IMG/VR virus record: IMGVR_UViG_3300044512_002795
Span: 1 to 32,367 of that record
DNA length: 32,367 bases
Source: a virus
Taxonomy: Duplodnaviria; Caudoviricetes
Direction: 5' to 3' (one strand)
The notes beneath the pieces were generated by a model. It saw only the letters and a program-made list of their open reading frames with translations. It was not told where the DNA came from and searched no databases. Below, one piece after another: positions 17,658 through 23,859 of this stretch (positions are counted from its first letter, which is position 1; every line of letters begins with the position of its first letter). Made by a program: the position numbers and the translations under genes.

Positions 17658-18455
17658 ATCTTGCAGGATAGTAACAGCTTCAATTTGAGATGCGGCAGTG
17701 ACGTTATCAGTAAAAATTGACAGGGCATTTAAGTTTCCGTCTCTGGAACCCATATATTTAAGGCTGAATCCAACATTACCACTATCAGTCGTTCCACTAT
17801 TATTCGAAGAGGAGCCATCCACTCTTAATAATGTAATATCATTACCCCCACCACCCGGACCAACTCTTATAGCTGTTCCGCCGTTAGCTTGGTGTAAGCG
17901 AAGAGTATTGCTTGTGCTTGAGGTAGTTCCTCCTACATCTAATTTATAAGACGGACTGTTTGTACCTACGCCAACATTGGTACCATTATCATATAATACC
18001 CCTGATGTGAGAGTATCTTCATCAGCCCAGCGAGCTACATAATTAGCAACACCAGAACCTCCTACGCCAGATAAAACGTCTTCTATAGCTTTCCAATTAA
18101 CACCAGTAGTACCTTCGTTTGTAAGCACCATTCCATCATTACCAATGGAATTATTTGAGTCGTAAATAATACCAGAAATACCCAACTTATTAACATTAAG
18201 TCGGTTACCATCTGTAAAAGTTAAATCAGCGTCCCCACCAAAAGATCCTGCATCATTAAATTGGACGGAGTTAAGTGGAGCGCCGGGAAGAGCATCGGTT
18301 CCAGCTCCAGTAATCTCGACCCAAACCCCATCTCTTTTTACGTATAGCTCTAGGTTGCCAGTATCGATAAGCACAGCGCCATCAAGAACGCCGGTAGGTT
18401 TAGTTTCTCCCGCTCCTATTGTAAATCTATCTCCTGCGTATCTTGTAATTGCCAT
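8481..18455 (-). CDS. giant modular tail fibre protein (3324 aa) with C-terminal peptidase S74 intramolecular chaperone
   Basis: Roughly 30 GNVGIGT-type repeats and an NTAIG-type beta-repeat block. The C-terminus SSLAIKENI...IRPVKY...EIGLIAEELEELFPELV...GVNYSR...LLGGFKELY matches the S74 chaperone pattern. Confidence 0.9.
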   Translation of the reverse strand: MAITRYAGDRFTIGAGETKPTGVLDGAVLIDTGNLELYVKRDGVWVEITGAGTDALPGAPLNSVQFNDAGSFGGDADLTFTDGNRLNVNKLGISGIIYDSNNSIGNDGMVLTNEGTTGVNWKAIEDVLSGVGGSGVANYVARWADEDTLTSGVLYDNGTNVGVGTNSPSYKLDVGGTTSSTSNTLRLHQANGGTAIRVGPGGGGNDITLLRVDGSSSNNSGTTDSGNVGFSLKYMGSRDGNLNALSIFTDNVTAASQIEAVTILQDGNVGIGTTNPNSKLDVDGSVSADNYGFRSDSAAKWYYFDTFSGNNFIGRGANSYTSLYDTGTLSMVWKNGSVGIGTTNPQRPVTLYKASTPVIQLVNSTTGTAAADGMLLTQSGVDSYIENGEAGKMFFRTSATTRVTIDSSGNVGIGTVTPATKLDIFGQQYNSNYPSMLRVIDNVTAFDTDNNGGGISFGGRYTSGGVIGFLAGIQGVKENNTSGNYDGALRFLIRENGSSLLTEKMRIGSDGNVGIGTTSPNDKLEIYGNMRVRGSDGFGANSTANYNPSYVAFPGGGKIGSSSTPVTGYIKITLPQSWTNTMMQFSIDVFEYQDNKAKTFVVAGYNYSGDSSWHNTTAMVLAGNDGTTYKVQFGHDGSKCAIYISKGSNGASSSWTYPYVVVRGASFGFLNTGISNWIDGWDVSFPTSLGTITQTRDVSTQVTGSGTSQYIPKWDSTGTALSDSVIVQNNSNIGIGTNNPAARLELSPSGNSLSGLTSKALIISNTNDTSWTADALASYNATTGYDITDLSSLSFFARPTQSNILIFASEAAGTSTLHRFINLNSSSTAPLNRWDFYQYDGSGTGSDNFKVPDKLFQIRVREGASVVEKFTIKGNGNIGIGTDSPAQQLHLTGSIRLPNTTNTTTGIIYKDTSRFIHNYQHPTGDTAVPAGFNTFVGLVAGNLSMGSTATSVSHGSYNSGFGYQVLNALTTGYSNTAIGFQAGEDITTGYKNTIVGMNAGGQLVGGSRNTFIGDDSGLLTNSGINNTALGAGALRLNTTGSSNTIVGTYSLDAHTSPAGHTTLGYAALTNLTTGSYNIAIGYAAGSQRVATGDLTNSSYGIYLGYAVDGTEGASGEIVIGKDAQGLGSNTTRLGGSNITKTVIEYGSVGIGTTSPDTKLQIDSGSGIGTVDNAYSLAIRGDGIDGIQILSDSAYSGRIVFGDQNSNNAGRIYYDHSTDAFRFFTNGTEKVSILSGGNVGIGTASPESLLHLESSTSTDPDLRIVNTNNDNESGEIRFVKKPADGTLTVGDELGELMFLGSATDGTVRIGSRIRSLVEAQGSAYVNGNLTFSTKTSNTEYERVRITNGGNVGIGNTVSQVYTNENTSTVKLRVGSDTLSANQSSTIQIGGRDSSGGGTLGAIEFFNHRDDSIVAKIQVRRDLESSVKLSAGQIDFYTDDGDNNLNARMSIDALGKVGIGTISPDQLLHLYGSDANLRLDRNNTGYGASLEFNQQGNNKWTLKGGQTSGVWDFAIRSATGAERLTILQDGNVGIGTTNPTSGKLQVAGRGYFGPVGTGDATTKALMDTYSVLKLKPHDSNSTNMTFAQVNNGNAIGIQVTNSTQTADWDIALNPYGGNVGIGTDDPVTSLHVSSSATNIARFSGLGTAGTYIKLDESGTQAWVMGIDNGDTTLKIRKNDYNGDVSVSFASTRQVQFNAYGSGTFTGTATQKLAVDSSGNVIEIPIGSGPVDGSGAANKVTYWTDTDTISYNNNFHWDNTNGNLGVGTATPAATVQIVDSTSGASVLKVDGTNGTLFEVVDDLSGSLMSVNDAAGLPVFEVFADNHIVAGRYNQNDFYLNTNGNLGLGTSSPITKLNIKGDQSANGQLYIEPTNDSEYAGLVIKTTRGADRAYAIFAGGTGTDDLNFRFRDASAGVDRMVIDSSGNVGIGIVSPLLKLHVEAGTIYANSAKSDTLLATNIAGTVTHNMIGSAGYWGIRTATNNSFNLDVYNGGSPKAALTVLNDGNVGIGTTTPSYTLHTQGTIYASSRIGAQAVNTSYLATLGGSSDAKLVLTGSSSPYIRFQEGTTNRAYIQWLSTTDSLKFQNQQGDYFDFSTHDEGSIGLRLMGYSGAIWGYVYANSSSEGGKNIGLLDGGGSWAIRHVENTKTEWRIDNDIKMTLLASGNVGIGTTNPEAGLHIYGSGQQSLFVGSSNGARALLELDGAANGDGSGGDYAYLAHNADGSFDIKNLQENSTNFATGSAGTIRMTITSGGNVGIGTTSPGSKLDVNGMIKAGIAGNSSANTPALLVSSAGVNPEQSAIAIQQGTTEGDTIIFADYEPYVEWGLSTDNGLNTIEFTGGTNTNNLGSKTLYNQSGNARTAYKKAIVELTSGNMSVGGSVGIGTASPSDKLHVVQNIDLNTALFQNTSGRAQVIIDSQSTAHNSYLSLSNGGSEFAFLDAKMSVNLLRIATNNTGAEIAIETNTQDEAVRIDSAGNVGIGTTNPGAKLHVNSGQVTIYDNLANPTYGDGSEERLRVGRGANQSISFKVNDLTNTITAYQDESAAETHRFVLDRNSSTSGIHNFHIARNGSYQVTVDRDGKFGIGAQIPDGTLHVVGGASSESSIALYSSNVNTNDSKIKFQQSNGWQFTAHSYGGSGTEYEAGFNYNRSQYGGDWYVGYDGSRKLTVTSAGNVGIGANDPQTKLHLSGGSTSLPIIRLQRNDTSVQPDDLIGGFENYSNDADGAFISSYVKGYATETYGRQGYLTFGTAGTNSTDATEKMRIAADGNVGIGTTNPSAKIDVVGASVAGGAIHSLFRNSADANSYLRIENNYANAAGFSAKIAGYYNGATQSGLTLYSSTGNTTSTTAEPVMGFEVGTIAVGASQPAFQWLEGSSPRMTIDKGGNFGIGITNPQRPVTLYKASNPVIQLVNSTTGTGDSDGFLLTQTGLNTVIENSEAGYMAFRTTADEKMRIDASGNVGIGTPSPTGGKLQVAGKVRIDAGSGNDALNLNAYDLLKWDGANLIHFGGYQSSQWQELHFYANGAKALSIDASQNVGIGTTTPGNKLHVNGSAVIGDSTQTSTILTIRATNTAGAPAATAQILMEGYEGRGIGTFYTDSTYSGEEWFCGMNYSGNFNSWNIGYDQAGGQAEYLANTKLQLHYTGKLQLHDYGAGTFTGTATQRLAVDASGNVIEIDIGSGAVDGSGTDDYIARWTDTETLGIGKIRDDNSTVAINTAPDSSYMLKVAGNGYFSGTLTEASSLAIKENIENFTPSIDKINKIRPVKYNKKGSDKKEIGLIAEELEELFPELVEKDENGNPSGVNYSRAVTVLLGGFKELYKELQEIKKRI

Positions 18456-18457
18456 AA

Positions 18458-19489
18458 CTATGAAAAATTAAATGTTGCTCCGTAAAATGCCCCGCTGTTA
18501 TACTCACCATCTTGAGTGTTATAAAATATTTTTATTTTGTGGTCTCCTATCGCTAGATTCGTTTTGGTATGAGTAAATACAGCGGAATCTTTTACATAAT
18601 CTCTCCTTGTGGTTTGCTCGACTACGTTACTAATATCCGTTGTGTCTCCAATAGAATTAAATCTTTTGATTGAAGTTCCCAAATCTTTTCTGGTTCCGGG
18701 GCTAGCAGGAGTTTGAGTCCCCCCAGCATCAAAGAATTTACAATGATCCATATCCCATGGCCTAGTTACGCCGCCACCGGGTGCGGTACCTTTACAAATT
18801 AACTCGTCATCTATGTATAGTTGAAATAAATCGTATTCATCAGAATTGACTTCACCCAGACCAGAAGCTTTAATTTCTAGATCTGCTACTTCAGACAGGT
18901 TAAAAGATCCTTCGGTATAACCGCTCTGTATAAAATGGTTGTAATATTGAAACGAATATTCTTCGCCAAGCCCTACATTTGCATAATAATCAACCCATCC
19001 GAGGTCATATAAAGTTTTATTATCGGCCTGAAAAAAAAGATTAATTTTTCTACCGTTATCTTCTATTATCCAAGGGTCTTCTCTATGGTATCTAGTAAGA
19101 GCTTGACTTCCAATACCAACATTACCACCACCACCAACATTACCAGCTATATACCAACCAAAATAAGGTCTTTGCGTGATGGAAGAGAAGTCATAATCTG
19201 TTGTTAAACTGGCAGATTTATAAGTAGGAAAAAAATCTTCACTAGTAGCGTCATCAAAAGGATAGGTCGTATTTAATGAAAGTCCTATGTTGCCATAATT
19301 TACTGGATTTATATATTGACCTACGTTAGCAGTATCTCCAAAAGCAACACTGCCATAATATAAACTATTGACAGTTCCTACGCCCACAGTACCACCTCCC
19401 CAATTAATTGCAGTTTCAGAAGGAGTTGACGTAGAACTATCTGACTCTGATTGATTTTTCCAAAATGCTGTTGGGAAGTTAATGCTCAT
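18458..19489 (-). CDS. putative virion protein / fibre-tip adhesin (343 aa)
   Basis: Coupled (TAATG) to the upstream 337-aa gene. Short aromatic N-terminus (MSINFPTAFW), Ser/Thr linker, and a beta-rich C-terminal domain (GDHKIKIFYNTQDGEYNSG). Confidence 0.5.
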   Translation of the reverse strand: MSINFPTAFWKNQSESDSSTSTPSETAINWGGGTVGVGTVNSLYYGSVAFGDTANVGQYINPVNYGNIGLSLNTTYPFDDATSEDFFPTYKSASLTTDYDFSSITQRPYFGWYIAGNVGGGGNVGIGSQALTRYHREDPWIIEDNGRKINLFFQADNKTLYDLGWVDYYANVGLGEEYSFQYYNHFIQSGYTEGSFNLSEVADLEIKASGLGEVNSDEYDLFQLYIDDELICKGTAPGGGVTRPWDMDHCKFFDAGGTQTPASPGTRKDLGTSIKRFNSIGDTTDISNVVEQTTRRDYVKDSAVFTHTKTNLAIGDHKIKIFYNTQDGEYNSGAFYGATFNFS

Positions 19490-20502
19490 TAGTGATTGTA
19501 TCCTGTTACTGCTGAAGCAAATATTTTTTCATTCATTGCTATAAAAGTATAAACATTTGTTCTTGATCCGCTAACTCCGGGGCATTTACCAGCGCCGCCT
19601 GCACTTACAGCTGTACCTTGAGCGTGAGGCAAACTATCGTTTTGCTCACTCCATAAAACTTTATCTGTAGAACTGCCGGATTTAAATAGTACTGTTCTAA
19701 GATCATTAAAGTTAGCTTGAGTATTTTCTACATACATAGTCAAAGTTTGTCCGGGATGAGGAGTTCCCGGCGTAAATGAAAAAGTTGTATTAGCGTCTAT
19801 GGATTGGTACTGAATATTACCGTTTGTCCAGTCTACACCTATGTTTCCAGCAGATGCTGATGCACCAATATTACTAACGTTATGATAAGAAGCTCCTTGA
19901 ATCTCTAGAGAATCTCCTGTAATGGTACCTGCAAAATCAGCGGATCTTGCGGTAAAATCACCGTTTACCTCTATAGAGTCTGCATTGCCTATTTGTATTG
20001 TTGGGGCATCGAATTGTATTTTCGTAGGATGAGTAAGTGAAACTTGGGCTGAAGTACTAGACACTCCTCCTCCATCGTTAAAATTAATAATTTCTCCTAC
20101 ATTAGTAATAATATTATCCTGTAGGTTTAAAGTTTGAGTAGCAGTATGGTTACCTAGATTATCTCCACCAACTGGCTTCCCTATACCACTTCCTGTAGTT
20201 AACAAACCGTTATTAACATTAAGCATTATATAGGCGTAATTACTACCGTCAGCAGCAGCAGTAGTATCCTGCCAACTTGGGTTATTGAAATAAACATTAG
20301 TTTGCCCAGAAAGAACTGGAGCTGGGTATCCGCCCCCTGCATTATCTCCTGAAAATATATAATCTGCTAATTCTGAAACTGTAATTCTATTCGTGGTGTA
20401 CTGTCCTCCATCAGGACCTACTGCTACAGGCAAAAGGAACGTGCCACTTACTGTTGAACTCGTTCCTATTCCTACTAATTGAGATATTTTTTTATTTGCC
20501 AT
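19489..20502 (-). CDS. putative short tail fibre / virion structural protein (337 aa)
   Basis: N-terminal MANKKISQL...TNRITVSEL segment, a GDNLGNHTATQ motif, and a C-terminal DWTNGNIQ...GQTLTMYV...VLW...TNVYTFI domain, all common in phage fibre proteins. Confidence 0.6.
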   Translation of the reverse strand: MANKKISQLVGIGTSSTVSGTFLLPVAVGPDGGQYTTNRITVSELADYIFSGDNAGGGYPAPVLSGQTNVYFNNPSWQDTTAAADGSNYAYIMLNVNNGLLTTGSGIGKPVGGDNLGNHTATQTLNLQDNIITNVGEIINFNDGGGVSSTSAQVSLTHPTKIQFDAPTIQIGNADSIEVNGDFTARSADFAGTITGDSLEIQGASYHNVSNIGASASAGNIGVDWTNGNIQYQSIDANTTFSFTPGTPHPGQTLTMYVENTQANFNDLRTVLFKSGSSTDKVLWSEQNDSLPHAQGTAVSAGGAGKCPGVSGSRTNVYTFIAMNEKIFASAVTGYNH

Positions 20503-20525
20503 ATCCTTTTACCTTATATTTAATA

Positions 20526-20531
20526 TACACT
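20526..20531 (-). promoter_or_regulatory. AGTGTA upstream motif (candidate phage promoter)
   Basis: AGTGTATATTAAATATAAGGTAAAAGGAT-ATG(20502). Confidence 0.6.
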
Positions 20532-20533
20532 GT

Positions 20534-21964
20534 TTAATACGGTGGGATTAAGTTTGTTACTAATAAATCATCAGTTTCTTGCTGCAAATAATAACCATCT
20601 TGATTTACCCCATCCGGAGCCCCCTCCAATAATACAAAATCTTCAATTTTTTCCATACCTAGTACTCCACTTATAAAAAGTCCTGAAGCTAAATTATCAG
20701 GGTTTAGCTCTACTGAAAATGATGCGCCAAAAGTTTTACTATTCCCTATACTAGTATCATAATTAAAATCTTCTAAAACCGCCCCTTTAAATGTATACCT
20801 TAAAGCTTCCACTTGAGTATTTATTGGAATTGTTCCCCCATTAATCGGAGGTGTTATAGGTTTTTCACAATTTTTAGGATCAACGCTAATAGTAAAATCA
20901 TATCCACTATTAATTGAAACTAGATCAACTAATGAACCGCTATTACCTGACTCTACTATACCATTAAGAGAAAGATTGGCAAAAACTGGGGAAGTAGAAC
21001 GATTATCTACAGGAAATTTATAACCAAGACTAGTTAAGGGTTGTCTGTTAAAATCAATGGAAATGTCATATCCTTGGATATGCAGCTTATCAAAATCGAC
21101 CCCTAAACCAGAAAAAGAATCTGTAGTAATTGTAATGTCTCCCGGTTTTAGCGCAGGATAACCTTCGTCTGCTAAAATTCTAGGTATGATAACGTCTTTG
21201 TCGGGAGAAATGGTTCCACTCTTTGTTTCTATACCGGGAGCTTGAAAACCACTCCCACTCATATCAAAATTAGCATTATACGCAGTAAATGAAGCCGAAG
21301 CAGCAGGTAAAGCTCCAACTGCTCCTTGAGTTGTATAGTTGTTTATATAGCAATTACCAAAAGATATAACATGATAATCTGGGGCATTTGGATCTATAGA
21401 TTGATAAATATCAGGAGATAAAAAATCTTCTTTTTGGTAAAATTTATTTATATCATCTCCTTCTTGATTAACTACCAAATATATATTTTTACAATCTCGG
21501 TATTGATTTACTGGAAAAGTTTCCCAATATTTTTTATTAGTTCTGCCTTTATTTTCTTCAAAAAATCCTGATAACAAAGATACATTTTCATTATTATTGT
21601 AATAGGGTCTACCTTCAAAAGGAAAATTATAGAGGGGGTAGTTTACGTTAAAACCGAGCCTAGCTTCATTTTTTGTCCCGCAGAGTAAATAATTAAAAGA
21701 TAAATCAACAGTAGGATAATTTATAATGGGTCTATCTACTATGCCGCGCTGATTTAGCTGAAGTATATCTTCATGAGGGACATTAATTTGATAACTGACA
21801 GACTGTACTCTATCTATAGATTTTAGACGGTTTAGTTTTTGTACTAGATTACTATGATCATCAGTAGGTGGACCACCATTGTAGTCAAAATAATTATAAC
21901 CACTTTCCGGTGCAGGCCCTACGAATAAAGCCTGACAGTTGTAAATTACATTCGGCCTCGCCAT
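20534..21964 (-). CDS. putative tail tube-like structural protein (476 aa)
   Basis: Beta-rich, with two related segments (RVQSVSYQINVPHEDILQL...PTVDLSFNY; HIQGYDISIDFNRQPLTSLG...ANLSLNG) resembling tube-fold proteins. Lies between the portal and fibre genes. Confidence 0.5.
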   Translation of the reverse strand: MARPNVIYNCQALFVGPAPESGYNYFDYNGGPPTDDHSNLVQKLNRLKSIDRVQSVSYQINVPHEDILQLNQRGIVDRPIINYPTVDLSFNYLLCGTKNEARLGFNVNYPLYNFPFEGRPYYNNNENVSLLSGFFEENKGRTNKKYWETFPVNQYRDCKNIYLVVNQEGDDINKFYQKEDFLSPDIYQSIDPNAPDYHVISFGNCYINNYTTQGAVGALPAASASFTAYNANFDMSGSGFQAPGIETKSGTISPDKDVIIPRILADEGYPALKPGDITITTDSFSGLGVDFDKLHIQGYDISIDFNRQPLTSLGYKFPVDNRSTSPVFANLSLNGIVESGNSGSLVDLVSINSGYDFTISVDPKNCEKPITPPINGGTIPINTQVEALRYTFKGAVLEDFNYDTSIGNSKTFGASFSVELNPDNLASGLFISGVLGMEKIEDFVLLEGAPDGVNQDGYYLQQETDDLLVTNLIPPY

Positions 21965-23838
21965 TATTTTTTCCCTTCATAGACACTAGCGTAAAGGATT
22001 CCAGCCAAGAAGTCGTCCACTTGATGCTCTAAAGCTACATCTTGGACTTTCTTAACTCTTTCATGATTTCTATCCGTAGGTTCAGCAGCGTATCTTCCAG
22101 CTTTAGCTAACCAGTTTTCAGGATCTTCGTTAGCAATAACTATATTCGCAATTTCTTTTGCAACTTGTTTTTGCTGTTTACTTAACCTTTTTCTATTATG
22201 AAGTTGCCTTAAAGAAGACTCTACCTCTAGATTAAGCTTGTCGGAAAGACTTAGATTCTCTTGAATAGTAGATAAGCTAAAATGTACTTTAGCTTTTGTT
22301 CCTATCGGCGTCTTAGTGTCAGTTTCTTTTGGAGTGTTAGAACCAGAAGGTCTTCCTGTCATTTGAGGACCTTTTGCTCCTCCTATAATTGGTTGATATA
22401 GTCCCTCTTCTTTCAGATCCTTGAATTTACGTTGAGACTCTATAGACTCTTCTAAAGTAGGGAATCTTCCAGACTCAATTGCTTGAACACCTTCTTCTGG
22501 AGTAAGAACCCCAAGCTCTATTAATCTACTATAGATTCTTGAATATACTGAATTATCTTTTAAATCGACATCTTCAAAATGTGCAGTAGGATAGTTTTTA
22601 AAACCCATTTCCCTAGAAACTCTTCTAATCTCAGGCATTAGAAAGTTTTCTAGAAAGACTCTACGTCCCTGTTTTAGTCTTTCCATGAATACCTGAACTT
22701 TTATACTTGTATTCGCAAATTTTTCATCACTAAGAAGAATATTATTAAGGCCCATTTGAATATCTTGGTTAACTACCTCATATTTTTTTGAGTCAAGAAT
22801 ATTTCCAATGTCTGGTATTACAAATTTAGCATCAGTTGTATAGTCAGATATAAGGACACGACCTACAGATTCATTTTCAAAAAGTTTCTGCATCGCAGTA
22901 AGGTTTTGTTGATTAACTCCGCCTTCTGCTGGCTTAGTACCCATAGTTACCAGTAATATAGCTTGATTGGTAGTCCTAGCTACCGCCATATCCATCTGTT
23001 TCATCTCCTGCTTCCAGTTTATGTCTTCTAGGACTGGATACCCCATAGGGACCGCAAAAGGCTCGTAATCCTGCTTTTTGTAAAACACAGCAGCTAGTCT
23101 CTTTGTGTCCAGAGGAATAGTAATTGCAGCTGCTCCTACATTTTTTGAGCTTTGGATTAATTTTTTGGTTTCTTCAGGAAGACTTTCGTAAACTTCTTGC
23201 TCTTCTTCAGTCTGAGGGTATCTGAGTTTCTGTAATTCGTAATCAGTAACGACCTTGTAATAAATACCAGTACTGAAAGTGATACTTCCTTGAAGCTGAA
23301 TATCAGATGGGTTTAAAATAATATACTTGGCAGGGATTTCTAATTCGTCGGAAGCTTGGGACAGTCCAAAAGTCTGATTAATTTTAATAGCATCAGATTT
23401 GTCCATTTTAGCGTTAAATCGGTAGAGAAAAACATTTCCCGATCTGTAGTATTCTCTAAAAAATCTGCTCTGCAAGTCTCCAATGTTAATTTTTCTAAAT
23501 AGGGTCTCAAAAAACTCTCTAGACTTTTTACTGCCTCCAGTATAGTAAAGATCACTAATAGAAAACTCTGTCATTAAGTCTATCGTATTTCTGAAAACGG
23601 AAAAGTTATAATACGCTTTTTGACACAGGATAATAGTATCTCTAACGTCAATATTTGAATTATTTTTAACGCCATGAGAATATTTAAACGGTATCATACC
23701 ATTCTCAATATTCCTAAACCTGTCAGTTCGCGGAATATCAGCCGCTACGTTTCTACGAGTCCTTGTCTGACTAGCTGTCGATTCATGCATAGCCATCAAA
23801 GGTTCCGAGCCTTGTTCCGTTTTCTTCCTTACTGCCAT
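21964..23838 (-). CDS. portal protein (624 aa)
   Basis: Directly follows the terminase. Contains FRNTIDLMTEF, FFREYYRSGNVFLY, ILNPSDI and YKKQDYEPFAVP segments and has the size and helical pattern of a portal. Confidence 0.75.
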   Translation of the reverse strand: MAVRKKTEQGSEPLMAMHESTASQTRTRRNVAADIPRTDRFRNIENGMIPFKYSHGVKNNSNIDVRDTIILCQKAYYNFSVFRNTIDLMTEFSISDLYYTGGSKKSREFFETLFRKINIGDLQSRFFREYYRSGNVFLYRFNAKMDKSDAIKINQTFGLSQASDELEIPAKYIILNPSDIQLQGSITFSTGIYYKVVTDYELQKLRYPQTEEEQEVYESLPEETKKLIQSSKNVGAAAITIPLDTKRLAAVFYKKQDYEPFAVPMGYPVLEDINWKQEMKQMDMAVARTTNQAILLVTMGTKPAEGGVNQQNLTAMQKLFENESVGRVLISDYTTDAKFVIPDIGNILDSKKYEVVNQDIQMGLNNILLSDEKFANTSIKVQVFMERLKQGRRVFLENFLMPEIRRVSREMGFKNYPTAHFEDVDLKDNSVYSRIYSRLIELGVLTPEEGVQAIESGRFPTLEESIESQRKFKDLKEEGLYQPIIGGAKGPQMTGRPSGSNTPKETDTKTPIGTKAKVHFSLSTIQENLSLSDKLNLEVESSLRQLHNRKRLSKQQKQVAKEIANIVIANEDPENWLAKAGRYAAEPTDRNHERVKKVQDVALEHQVDDFLAGILYASVYEGKK

Positions 23839-23853
23839 AATTTAATATAATTT

Positions 23854-23859
23854 TACACT
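23854..23859 (-). promoter_or_regulatory. AGTGTA upstream motif (candidate phage promoter)
   Basis: AGTGTAAAATTATATTAAATT-ATG(23838, portal). Confidence 0.6.

Noticed and set aside
994-17949. Short plus-strand and alternate-frame ORFs inside the fibre genes (e.g. 5830-6246, 7586-7882)
   Set aside because: Antisense or shadow frames of long coding genes; the recurring VPIPTLP is just the reverse complement of the repeat.
906-18455. Invertase/shufflon-type tail fibre switching
   Set aside because: All repeat copies I found are in direct orientation; there are no inverted silent cassettes and no site-specific recombinase in the window.
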